A DNA stretch of 64,000 nt. Origin: an uncultured delta proteobacterium (GTDB taxonomy: Bacteria > Myxococcota_A > Polyangia > Polyangiales > Polyangiaceae). Shown piece after piece: positions 29,338 to 38,567 of this stretch. Under the pieces are notes generated by a model, which saw only the letters and a list, made by a program, of their open reading frames with translations, had not been told where the DNA came from and searched no databases. The stretch spans positions 1 to 64,000 of the forward strand of contig CAVQUB010000004.1 in NCBI GenBank assembly GCA_963716725.1, written 5' to 3'. Positions within the stretch are counted from its first letter, which is position 1. Each line of letters opens with the position of its first letter. The translations under genes were made by a program, and so were the position numbers.

Positions 29338-30107
29338 GCGCGGTCCCCGAGTTCGTCTCGGATCAGGCCGTGGTGGACTTCCGCCAAGTCTACAAGATCT
29401 ACGGCGCTGACGACACGGAGGTGCGAGCCCTCGACGGCGTCGATCTTCGGATCGAGCGCGGCGAGTTCGTCGCCATCATGGGCTCGTCGGGATCGGGCAA
29501 GTCGACCGCCATGAACATCATCGGCTGCCTCGACGCGCCCACTCGGGGCGAGTACGCGTTCCGAGGCGTCGACGTCGGCTCCCTCGACCAAGACCAGCGC
29601 GCACTCTTGCGCCGGCACTACGTGGGCTTCGTATTCCAGGGCTACAACCTGTTGGCGCGCACCACGGCCCTCGAGAACGTGGAGCTGCCCCTGGTGTACC
29701 GCCGCGTGCCGAGCGCGGAGCGGCACGACCTGGCCATGGAAGCCCTGGTGGCCGTCGGGCTCGCCGACCGCGCGCACCATTCGCCGGCGGAGCTGTCGGG
29801 AGGTCAACAGCAGCGCGTGGCCATCGCCCGCGCGTTGGTGTCGAGCCCGTCGCTGCTCTTGGCCGACGAGCCCACCGGCAACCTGGATTCGGCTCGAAAG
29901 CACGAGGTGATGGAGCTGCTCGTGAAGCTGAACCAGGAGCGAGGCATCTGCATCGCCATGGTCACGCACGAGCCGGACATGAGCCAATACGTGACGCGCG
30001 TCGTGATGTTCAAGGACGGCAAGATCGTGGATGACGGGCGTCCCACGGACGTCGAATACGCAGGCCCGCTCTCCAAGCGGCCGCTGTCGCAGCGGAGCGT
30101 CACGTGA
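29334..30107 (+). CDS. MacB/LolD-type ABC transporter ATP-binding protein
   Basis: GSSGSGKST Walker A, LSGGQQQRVAIARAL, LLADEPTGNLD. Confidence 0.95.
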   Translation: MSAVPEFVSDQAVVDFRQVYKIYGADDTEVRALDGVDLRIERGEFVAIMGSSGSGKSTAMNIIGCLDAPTRGEYAFRGVDVGSLDQDQRALLRRHYVGFVFQGYNLLARTTALENVELPLVYRRVPSAERHDLAMEALVAVGLADRAHHSPAELSGGQQQRVAIARALVSSPSLLLADEPTGNLDSARKHEVMELLVKLNQERGICIAMVTHEPDMSQYVTRVVMFKDGKIVDDGRPTDVEYAGPLSKRPLSQRSVT

Positions 30108-31309
30108 TCCGCATCACCCTGGTGATGGCCCTGCGACAAATCCGCCGCAATGCCATGCGGTCGTTCCTGACCATGCTGGGCATCGTGATCGGCGTTGGGG
30201 CGGTGATCGCGCTGGTGACGATTGGTGAAGGCGCGACGGCCAAGGTGACCGCGGACATCGGTAAGCTCGGCGACAACCTGCTGATCGTGATGCCCGGTGG
30301 GTTGCGCCGCTCGAGCGGCGTGCAGAGCGCGCCTGCTTTCACGAAGGACGACGTGGAGGCCATCCGTCGCGACGTGCCCGGCGCCGAGAAGATCGCGCCG
30401 ACAGCGGGCAAGCAGGCCCTCGCGGTGTGGGGCAACCGCAACTGGCGCACCAGCGTGACCGGAACCACCCAAGAGTATCTGGAGGTGCGCGCCTACGAGG
30501 TGGCCGAGGGGCGCGCCTTTACCGCCTCGGAGATCACAGCCGGGCAGCCCGTCTGCATGATCGGGGCGTCGGTCAAGAAGGAGCTCTTCGCTTCGGATCC
30601 CGCCGTGGGCGAGACGATCCGCCTCGAGAAGCTCTCCTGCGAGGTGATCGGCGTCTTGGGGGCGAAGGGCCAGTCCGGCATGGGACAGGATCAGGACGAC
30701 GTAGTGCTGGTGCCGATGCGTGTGGCGCAGCGGCGCCTGATCGGCAGCAACGACGTGAGCGCCATCTACGTGACCGTCGCCAAAACGCGCAGCACCACCC
30801 GCGTCAAAGAGCAGATCGAGGAGCTGTTGCGTGAGCGGCGCCCGGTCGCCGCCGGGACCGAAGACGACTTCAACGTGCGCGACATGGCCGAAATCGCCCA
30901 GACCGTGTCGAGCGCCACCGGCGCGCTGACGGCGCTGCTCGGTGCCATTGCCGCCGTCAGCCTTCTGGTCGGCGGCATCGGCATCATGAACATCATGCTG
31001 GTCAACGTCACCGAGCGCACCCGCGAGATCGGCATCCGCCTCGCCATCGGCGCCATGGCGCGGGAGGTCCTGCTCCAGTTCTTGGTCGAGGCCGTGGTGC
31101 TCAGCATGATCGGCGGCATGATCGGCATCGGCGCTGGCCTCGCGGGCTCCTGGGCAGCGACCCGCGCGCTCAAGGTCCCTTTCGTGGTCCAGCCGAACAT
31201 CTTGATCGTCGCTTTCCTCTTCTCGGCGGTGATCGGCGTCCTGTTCGGCTTCCTTCCCGCGCGCAAAGCGGCGCGGCTCAACCCCATCGAGGCTCTGCGC
31301 CATGAATGA
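30104..31309 (+). CDS. MacB-type ABC transporter permease
   Basis: RSFLTMLGIVIGV, GGIGIMNIMLV, ERTREIGIR, PARKAARLNPIEALRHE. Confidence 0.95.
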   Translation: MIRITLVMALRQIRRNAMRSFLTMLGIVIGVGAVIALVTIGEGATAKVTADIGKLGDNLLIVMPGGLRRSSGVQSAPAFTKDDVEAIRRDVPGAEKIAPTAGKQALAVWGNRNWRTSVTGTTQEYLEVRAYEVAEGRAFTASEITAGQPVCMIGASVKKELFASDPAVGETIRLEKLSCEVIGVLGAKGQSGMGQDQDDVVLVPMRVAQRRLIGSNDVSAIYVTVAKTRSTTRVKEQIEELLRERRPVAAGTEDDFNVRDMAEIAQTVSSATGALTALLGAIAAVSLLVGGIGIMNIMLVNVTERTREIGIRLAIGAMAREVLLQFLVEAVVLSMIGGMIGIGAGLAGSWAATRALKVPFVVQPNILIVAFLFSAVIGVLFGFLPARKAARLNPIEALRHE

Positions 31310-32786
31310 TCTGTCCAAGTGTCTCTCGAGCGCGGTCGTGCTGGCGGCGATCGCTCTCTTCGTTCCGTCTGCGCGTGCCGACGAGCCGCTGGCGGCGCGT
31401 CGCATCGGCGTCGAGGCCGCGGTGGCCGCGGCCCTGGCCGGCAATCCTTCGCGAATGGCCACCGAGATCGACGTGGAGCGCGCGCGTCAGAGCGTGCTGG
31501 CCGAAGAAGGACGGTATTCCTATGTGCTGCAGGCCGATGCGGGCTTCACCCACCAGAAGAGCGCGCGGCTCGGCGCGGGCGACACCGTCGCGTCCACCAC
31601 CACGCGTTCGTACACGATTGGATCGGCGCTGCGACGCAGCTTCGCCACGGGCACCAGCGCCGAGCTGCGCCTGCAGGGCGAGCGCTCCGAGAGTTCGGGC
31701 GCGCTCGGCGGCGCCAGCTCCAGCGGCTACGGGGTCAGCGGGCGCGCGTCGCTGAGTCAGCCGCTCTTGCGCGGTGCGGGTGTTCGGGTGGGCGAGGCCG
31801 ATCTGCGGGCGGCGCGCGTGAGCCGCGAGCTGGCGGGCAAGACCAGCGCTCGGGTCAAGAGCGAGCTGGTCCGGGACGTGGTGCTCTCGTACTGGGAGCT
31901 CTGGTACGCGGAGGAGTCCGGGCGCATCCAGCGGCTGGCTCTGTCGCTGGCCAAACAGCAGGAGTCCGACGCGAAGATGCGCGTCACTCAAGGCGCCGCC
32001 GCCGCGGCCGATGTGCTCACTTTCTCGACCCGAGTCGCCGAGCTCGAAGAGTCCGTGGTCGGCTCCGATCTCGGGCAGCGTCAGCGCGGGCTGGATCTCG
32101 CACGGCTGATGGGCAACCCGGATCCGGATCGCAGCCTCGGCGCCCTCGCCAACGCTCCGCCCCAGGCCGGACCCAGGGCGACCCGCGCCGACGTGGAGGC
32201 CGCGCTCCGGAGCGGATCGATGGAGTTGGCCGAGCTCGAGTCCCAGGTGAAGCTCGCGCGCACCCGCGCCGACGTGGCCGGCGAGTCCACGCGTCCGCGG
32301 CTGGATCTCGAGGGCTTTCTCGAGTCGCAGGGCGTGAGCGAGCGCGTGCCCCGGGCGGTCACTCGCGCCGGGCAGCTGAGTTGGGTGACCGCGCATGTCG
32401 GGGTGGTCTACGAGCTGCCGCTGGACGACTCGCGTCGCAACGCCGAGAAGCGATCGGCACTGCTCGCCGTGCGAGCCGCGGAACACAACCTGCGATCGAT
32501 GCGCGACCGAATCACGGCCGAGGCGGCCCTGGCGGTCACCAACGAGAGCGCGGCGTCGCGTCGGGTGATCTTGGCCGAAAAGACCTTGGCCGTGGCGTTG
32601 CAGGCCCACGCCGCCGAGAAGTCACGCTTCGAGCTCGGCCAGGGGCTGCCGATCTCGGTGCAGCAGGCCGAAGACGAACTCCGACGCGCGCGGCTCCGGG
32701 TCGCCCGGGCCCGGGTGGATCTGGTGCAGGAGCAGACCGTGGTCTTGCACTTGGCCGGAAAGCTGCTGCGTCACTACGGGACCTGA
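31302..32786 (+). CDS. TolC-family outer membrane efflux protein
   Basis: Signal peptide, LSQPLLRG, helical repeats, RFELG; last gene of a MacAB operon. Confidence 0.85.
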   Translation: MNDLSKCLSSAVVLAAIALFVPSARADEPLAARRIGVEAAVAAALAGNPSRMATEIDVERARQSVLAEEGRYSYVLQADAGFTHQKSARLGAGDTVASTTTRSYTIGSALRRSFATGTSAELRLQGERSESSGALGGASSSGYGVSGRASLSQPLLRGAGVRVGEADLRAARVSRELAGKTSARVKSELVRDVVLSYWELWYAEESGRIQRLALSLAKQQESDAKMRVTQGAAAAADVLTFSTRVAELEESVVGSDLGQRQRGLDLARLMGNPDPDRSLGALANAPPQAGPRATRADVEAALRSGSMELAELESQVKLARTRADVAGESTRPRLDLEGFLESQGVSERVPRAVTRAGQLSWVTAHVGVVYELPLDDSRRNAEKRSALLAVRAAEHNLRSMRDRITAEAALAVTNESAASRRVILAEKTLAVALQAHAAEKSRFELGQGLPISVQQAEDELRRARLRVARARVDLVQEQTVVLHLAGKLLRHYGT

Positions 32787-32794
32787 ACCGCGCC

Positions 32795-34678
32795 TCACTC
32801 CGGCGCGGAGAAGATCACCCGGGCACGCCACACCGTTGCGCCGTACCCATCGGCGCGCGACAGCGCTCGCGCGGCCTCGGGCACGCTCGGATCGCGCAGC
32901 ATCGCCAGGTGTTCATTGGCCATGCCGCGCACGGCCTTGGGTTGGGACGGGTCCTTGGCCAAGCGCAGCATCGTCGCGCGACACTGATCGCCCAGCAGAC
33001 TGAGGGCCCAGAATGCGTGGTCGACGGCCTCGGGCTTGGCTCCGCGGGCCGCATCGCCGACGGTCGCGCAGGCGCTGGCGGGTCGCCGCCGCGCGAGCAG
33101 GGTCGTGGTCAGCGTGCGAGTGAAGCCCTCCTGGTCGAGCAGGCCCAGGACGAAGCGGTGGTCCCCGCGACTCGCGAGCTCCTCCACCACCCGACCGTGT
33201 TCGGTGATGATGAGCGCGCCCCGCCGGGGCCACGAGTCCCGGGAGAAGCGCCGCATGTGCTGTCGTTGCGCGACCAGCAGACGCGCGGCGGCGAGATCGC
33301 GGGCGCCTGGCAGATCGAGCTTCAGCATGTACCAAATGGCGACCCATGGAGCCGTGCCGTCGTCGTCGGCATCGGTGGCGAGTTTGGTGAGCTTGCTTTG
33401 GGCGCCCGCGTCACCGAGAGCGCTCAGCGCGGCGAGGTGCATGGCTCGCCGATCGGGCACGAAGCTCCGGTGCGAGCGATCCCCCGCGACTTCCGGGTCG
33501 CTCGATTGCTTCTGGAGCCACAGCAAGAGGCGTATTCGCGCGGCGTCCGTCGCGTCCGATCGCGGCGTCGTTCGCGTGCGTTCGAGCCACGACAGGATCG
33601 CCTCGTAGCGGTGGCGGTGCAGGAGCACGTCCATCTCGGAGGTGTCCCGACCCGGATAGAGATCGGGCATCAGGGTGCTGTAGCAGGCCGCAGCACGCTG
33701 AGTGCTCAGCGAATCCGTCGAGAGCTCGGCGCGCAGTTCGGTGGTGAGCGCGGCGTCCCCGAGGCGGACCCGCGCCGCCAGGAACTCACAGCCGCCGGAA
33801 CCGCGCGGCAGATTCACGTCGTCCTTGGTCAGCATTCCGGAGACTCGTGCCAGCACCGCGCGGGCCTCTTCGCTGGGCGTCGTCACCCAGGGCAGGAGAT
33901 CGGTGTACAGCGTCGGGTTCTTGGACAGCCAGCTCGGCTCGCGGCGGGCGCGCTCGATCAGCTCGAGCGCGTACTTCTGCGCCAGCGCCGGATCGAGGCG
34001 CGGCAGCGCGTCGAGCGTGTCGCGCCAGAGGTTGAAGCCGTCGCGCTCGAAGCTGCGGAGCAGCGCCAGGACCTTGGGCGCGGACGCCGTGTCCCCGAGA
34101 TCCGCCAGGGCCCGCGCCGCAGCGTGCTTGCTGCGACGGAGCTCACCGGCTTGCCAGGGCTCGACGTTCTTGGGCATCGGCCGCTCGAGCTCGCGCCGAA
34201 GCAGGGGCAGCGCGCCCGTGAGCCGGAGCTCGCCGGCGGCGTGCATGTTGTCCTGCCGCCACGATTCGACGTAGGGGTGTCCGTAGAAGCGAGTGCCGGG
34301 CGCGGCGCCGATCACGCGCAGGATCCCCGGCGTGCCCCGCGGGACGCCGATGCAGCGCCAGGTGTTGCGGCTCTGGGTCAACACCAGCTTGGGTTCCTGA
34401 GGGCGAGCTGTCGGAAGCGTCTCCGGGCTCCGCCGCGTGGGCAGCGGATCGCTCTCGGGAAGGTCGAAGACCTCGAGCTTGGCCATCTCGAGCCGTGGGG
34501 GTCGCTTGCGCGGCAGCGGGAGCCAATCGTTCGCTGGGCGTCTGCGCTCGGGCGCTGGTGCCTGCGCAACTCCGGGCTTTGGATCTTCGTGACACACCGC
34601 GTGCCGCGAAGGATCCGCCCCGGCTTCGCCCGCAAGGCAGAGGAGCGCCGAGGCCGCGAGCAGGGAGGCGGACCTCAC
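32795..34678 (-). CDS. Secreted alpha-helical (HEAT-like) repeat hypothetical protein
   Basis: GTG start overlapping the upstream stop, signal peptide, repeated ALxxLGD-type helices. Confidence 0.55.
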   Translation of the reverse strand: MRSASLLAASALLCLAGEAGADPSRHAVCHEDPKPGVAQAPAPERRRPANDWLPLPRKRPPRLEMAKLEVFDLPESDPLPTRRSPETLPTARPQEPKLVLTQSRNTWRCIGVPRGTPGILRVIGAAPGTRFYGHPYVESWRQDNMHAAGELRLTGALPLLRRELERPMPKNVEPWQAGELRRSKHAAARALADLGDTASAPKVLALLRSFERDGFNLWRDTLDALPRLDPALAQKYALELIERARREPSWLSKNPTLYTDLLPWVTTPSEEARAVLARVSGMLTKDDVNLPRGSGGCEFLAARVRLGDAALTTELRAELSTDSLSTQRAAACYSTLMPDLYPGRDTSEMDVLLHRHRYEAILSWLERTRTTPRSDATDAARIRLLLWLQKQSSDPEVAGDRSHRSFVPDRRAMHLAALSALGDAGAQSKLTKLATDADDDGTAPWVAIWYMLKLDLPGARDLAAARLLVAQRQHMRRFSRDSWPRRGALIITEHGRVVEELASRGDHRFVLGLLDQEGFTRTLTTTLLARRRPASACATVGDAARGAKPEAVDHAFWALSLLGDQCRATMLRLAKDPSQPKAVRGMANEHLAMLRDPSVPEAARALSRADGYGATVWRARVIFSAPE

Positions 34679-35914
34679 GGCGTCACCTCCGAGAGCGCTG
34701 TCTCCGCCGGCTCGCGGGCGTCGCAGTAGAGCGGAACGTCCACGCGTCGGGACGAAAAGAGCACGCTGGCCCAGTGCGAGCCGCGCTCGTTCGGGAGGCG
34801 CACCTGGTAGCCGCCCTCGACCCACAGCTCGCCGTCGAGGGTGCGGACGGCGCGCACCTGGATTGGCCCGGCGGGTGACACGAAGCCCAGCCGGGGCAGG
34901 GGCACCCGCGTCAGCTGGGCGTCCTTCATGCGATAGAGCGCGCGTCCAGCCGCGAGCCACAGCGTGCCTCGACCATCGGCGGCGACCGACATGATGCCGT
35001 CGTTGAACCCCGTCTCGACGTTGCTCCAGCTCTTGCCGTCGAAGCGAGCGAGGAAGGCGCGACGCTGCTCGGGCTCCCTGAAGGGTTCGTACGCGCCCAG
35101 GTAGATTTCGTCTTCGCTGGGAGCCGCGAGGCTCAGGTTGACGATGCCGTCGAGCCGCTCGCCGAAGGGAACGAGCTCGATGGTCCAGCGCGTCGCGTTC
35201 GGCGCTCCGTGCGCCACCATCAGCGTGGTCACGCCGTAGTTCGCTGCTTTGGCGTCGTCACAGCGTCCGGCCACGATCGTGCCGCCCTTGGGCGTCGCCG
35301 CCCACGTCAGGGGCACGAAGTCGAGCTCCGGACCGCAGATCTCCCGCCCCGGCAGCTCCGGCAACCCGCGCGACGCGGCCGGCACGCTCACCGGATCGCG
35401 GGTCGGCTGCCAGCCGGATACGGAAGCGGTATCCGCTTGGCTCGCGCTCGAAGAGCGGACCGCGTTTCACCAGGCTGTAGCGCACGGTCGTGCGCAGCAA
35501 CCACGGATCTTCCGCGCTGCCACCCAGCCGCAGCTCCCCCTCGACGTAGCCGCGGGCGTCCGTCGGCAGCCCACGGAGCAGGGAAGGTCGGCGATGCGCG
35601 CGTCCGCCTCGGAGTTCTGCCAGCGTCTCCGCGGTCGCCACTCGGTCACCCGGCAACCACCCGGCGAGCACGCGCCCGTGGTCGCCGTAGACCAAGAAGC
35701 GGCGCTCGCCGGCGGCCTCGATGGAGAGCTTCGGGCAGGGGCCCTCCGCGAACACCTGCAAGTCTCCCGGGGGCGCCCGCGTCGCCTCGGGCGCCTGCGC
35801 GACCTGAGGCGCGGCGCCGCACGAAAGCGTCAGCGTCGCCGCGAGCATCGCGGCGGAGCGCGGGTCGAATCTGAACGACGTTGCTGCTCCGAAAGCCACG
35901 GCGCAGCCTAGCAT
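34675..35914 (-). CDS. Hypothetical lipoprotein (beta-propeller-like), split by a frameshift near 35420
   Basis: LTLSC lipobox in ORF 35258..35914. After PSGYRF the sensible frame is SGWQPTRDPVSVPAASRGLP, which continues into ORF 34675..35391 (LARFDGKSW, GTLWLAAG). Start uncertain. Confidence 0.5.
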
Positions 35915-36012
35915 CGTACACGCCGAATCGAGACCCTGCGGTCGCTGGGCCGGCGCTGGGGCACCTGAGCTTCCACCCGTTCTCGGAACTCGATCTGGTG
36001 TAGAAGGCCCGC

Positions 36013-36636
36013 ATGCAGAAGCTCGCCAAGGGCATTCACTCGTTTCAGAGCGGGTACTTCGCGACGCATCGACAGCTCTTCGAGCAGCTCGCGTCGGCAG
36101 GGCAGAACCCTGAGACGTTGTTCATCACCTGCTCGGACTCGCGAGTGGTGCCGAATCTGATCACCAACGCGGCTCCCGGGGAACTGTTCCTGATCCGCAA
36201 CGTGGGCAACGTGGTTCCGCACCCGACGCTGCCCGGCGGCACGGCTGCGGCGATGGAGTACGCGGTGGAGGTGCTCGGGGTCGAGAACGTCATCGTGTGT
36301 GGGCACACCCAGTGCGGCGCCATCCAAGCCATCTTGCATCCCGAGACCGTGGCGCACTTGCCCTACGTCAAGCGCTGGGTCGAGGGCAGCGGCGAGCTGA
36401 GTCGGCTGCTGTCCGAGCGCTACGCACAGCTCGAGGGTGACGCGCTAGCTACCGTGGCGGTTCAAGAAAACGTGCTTCTCCAGGCAGAGAACCTGCGGCG
36501 TTTCGAGTTCGTCGAGAGGAAGCTGGCCGCGGGCAAGCTGCACATCAGCGCTTGGGTGTTCAAGATCGCGACCGGCCAGGTCTTCGACTTCGATCCGGAG
36601 AGCGGCGAGTTCGTCGAGCTGAGCCCGGACGAGTAG
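36013..36636 (+). CDS. Beta-class carbonic anhydrase
   Basis: Zn ligands in CSDSR and CGHTQCG; PGELFLIRNVGN. Confidence 0.95.
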   Translation: MQKLAKGIHSFQSGYFATHRQLFEQLASAGQNPETLFITCSDSRVVPNLITNAAPGELFLIRNVGNVVPHPTLPGGTAAAMEYAVEVLGVENVIVCGHTQCGAIQAILHPETVAHLPYVKRWVEGSGELSRLLSERYAQLEGDALATVAVQENVLLQAENLRRFEFVERKLAAGKLHISAWVFKIATGQVFDFDPESGEFVELSPDE

Positions 36637-36700
36637 TGAGTCCCGGCCAGGACGCCCGGGACTTTGCCCCGCCGAGGCCCCTGGTGCTACTCGCCAGGGC

Positions 36701-38317
36701 ATGGCCGGCGAAGCCCCGAGCTCGGCGGAGGCCGAGCGCAAAAAGATCACCGGGCGCGCCGGGATCGTGGCGGCCGGCACCCTGTTCAGTCGGCTCTTGG
36801 GGCTGGTGCGCGATCAGGTGCTCGCCGCGGTCTTCAGCCGGGCAGCCACCGACGCGTTCTTCGTGGCGTTCACCATCCCCAACGTGCTCCGTCAGTTGCT
36901 CGCCGAGGGCGCCGTGCAGAACGCGGTCCTGCCCGTCCTGGCCAAGACCCGCGAGCAGGAGGGCGACGAGGCGGCTCGCCGGCTGTTCCGCACGCTGCGC
37001 GGCCTCTCACTCCTGACGCTCACGGTCGTGACCGTCGCCGGCATCGCGCTGGCGCCCCAGTTGGTGGATCTCTTCGCCGGCGGCTTTCGCGCCCACGAGG
37101 GACAGTACGAACGCACGGTGACGCTCACGCGCTGGGTATTCCCGTACATCTTCTTCATGGGTACCGCCGCGCTGGGCGTCGCGGCGCTCAACGTGCACCA
37201 GCGCTTCGTCGCCACCAGCTTCGCGCCCGCGTTGCTCAACGTCGCCTTCGTGGTGTGCGCGCTCGCGTTGCCGGATCTCGTGGATGCGCGCGGCCACGAC
37301 CGCACGCTGGCCCTGGCCGCTGGCGTGTTGATCGGCGGCCTGCTCCAGGTCGTCGCGCAGTGGCCCAGCTTGAAGGCCATCGGATACCTGGTGGCTCCCA
37401 GCTTCGACCTCGCGCTCCGCGGCGTGCGCGAGACCCTCCGGCGCATGGGGCCCGTCTTGATCGGGCTGGGTGTGTACTACGTCGACGTGGTGCTCGCGCG
37501 CCGGTTTCTGTCCGAGCTCGGCGTCGGTGCCCAGAGTTACTTCGGCTGGGCATTGCGCCTGTGCGACTTCCCGCAAGGCATCTTCGTGATGGCGCTGCAG
37601 AGCGCGACCTTGCCGAGCCTCGCGCTCTTGGTCGCGCGGGGGGATCACGCGGAGGTCAAGAAGACCTTCGTCTATGGCATGCGCCTTTCGCTCTTCGTGG
37701 CGCTGGCCGCCAGCGTCTTGTTCGTGGCGTTGGCCGAGCCGGTGGTGGCCTTGATCTTCCAGCGTGGACACTTTGACGCCGAGTCCACCCGCGAGACCGC
37801 CAAGGCGCTGGCGGCGCAAGGGCTCGGGATCTGGATGGTCGCCGCCGTGAGGCAGCTGGTCGCCGTGTACTACGCGCTCGGCGACACGCGCACCCCGGTC
37901 ATCGTCGCGGCCGTCGACCTCGCCGTGTTCGTGACTTTGGCGCTGTCCCTCAGAGGCCCCCTCGGGCACGTCGGGGTGAGCCTCGCCGTGACCGGCGCGA
38001 GCGGCGCGCAGATGATCATGCTCTGGATCGGGCTGCGCTTCCGACTGGGCGACACCGGATTGTTCGAGATCGCCGGATCCGCGCTGAAGACCCTCCTGGC
38101 CGCGGCGGCGGCGGCCGGCGCTGGGATGGGCGTGGCCTGGGCGTTGGCGGCTCCCCCGGGCGCAGGAGCCTTGAGGGTCTTGCTGCCCGGCCTCGCGGCC
38201 GTGTCGGCCTACGGCGTGGTGTTCCTGATCGCGGCTTGGGTCGTCCGCAGCGAAGAGCTCCGCGGGCTGGTGGAAGCGGTGGCGCGGCGGCGAAGCTCCG
38301 GCGCGAGCGCGAGCTGA
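36701..38317 (+). CDS. murJ: Lipid II flippase MurJ
   Basis: SRLLGLVRD, DAFFVAFTIPN..R.LLAEGA, FQRGHF, YYALGDTRTP; polytopic membrane protein. Confidence 0.95.
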   Translation: MAGEAPSSAEAERKKITGRAGIVAAGTLFSRLLGLVRDQVLAAVFSRAATDAFFVAFTIPNVLRQLLAEGAVQNAVLPVLAKTREQEGDEAARRLFRTLRGLSLLTLTVVTVAGIALAPQLVDLFAGGFRAHEGQYERTVTLTRWVFPYIFFMGTAALGVAALNVHQRFVATSFAPALLNVAFVVCALALPDLVDARGHDRTLALAAGVLIGGLLQVVAQWPSLKAIGYLVAPSFDLALRGVRETLRRMGPVLIGLGVYYVDVVLARRFLSELGVGAQSYFGWALRLCDFPQGIFVMALQSATLPSLALLVARGDHAEVKKTFVYGMRLSLFVALAASVLFVALAEPVVALIFQRGHFDAESTRETAKALAAQGLGIWMVAAVRQLVAVYYALGDTRTPVIVAAVDLAVFVTLALSLRGPLGHVGVSLAVTGASGAQMIMLWIGLRFRLGDTGLFEIAGSALKTLLAAAAAAGAGMGVAWALAAPPGAGALRVLLPGLAAVSAYGVVFLIAAWVVRSEELRGLVEAVARRRSSGASAS

Positions 38318-38502
38318 GCGAGAGCCCGGGAGCGGGAGCGCAAGGGCTGCGGGAACGCCTCCGGGTCGTGCAGGTCTCGCGCTTTTGGACCGTGCTGACC
38401 GGGCACCCGGGGGGGCGTGCAGAGCAGCGTCACCGGAGTTCCGCCGCGAAAGCAGCCTATTTCGTGGCCCGCGGGCGGGCGGTTCGACGGATCCCTCCGG
38501 GC

Positions 38503-38518
38503 GGGCGCAAGAGTTGCA
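38503..38518 (+). promoter_or_regulatory. Candidate sigma54 (-24/-12) promoter for the decaheme cytochrome
   Basis: GGGCGCAAGAGTTGCA has GG-N10-GC spacing with TTGCA at -12, about 50 nt before ATG 38568. Confidence 0.5.
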
Positions 38519-38567
38519 TTGGGCCCCGCCAGCTCACTGGGTTACGGCGGCGACGGGAGCATACAAT

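Noticed and set aside
31319..34729. 1136-aa plus-strand ORF
   Set aside because: Arg/Gly/Ala-rich shadow frame over tolC and antisense to the 32795..34678 gene; expected in high-GC DNA.
38318..38567. Possible c-di-GMP/GEMM riboswitch upstream of the cytochrome (contains GCGAAAGC)
   Set aside because: I could not find the conserved flanking stems and motifs; an Rfam/Infernal scan would settle it.
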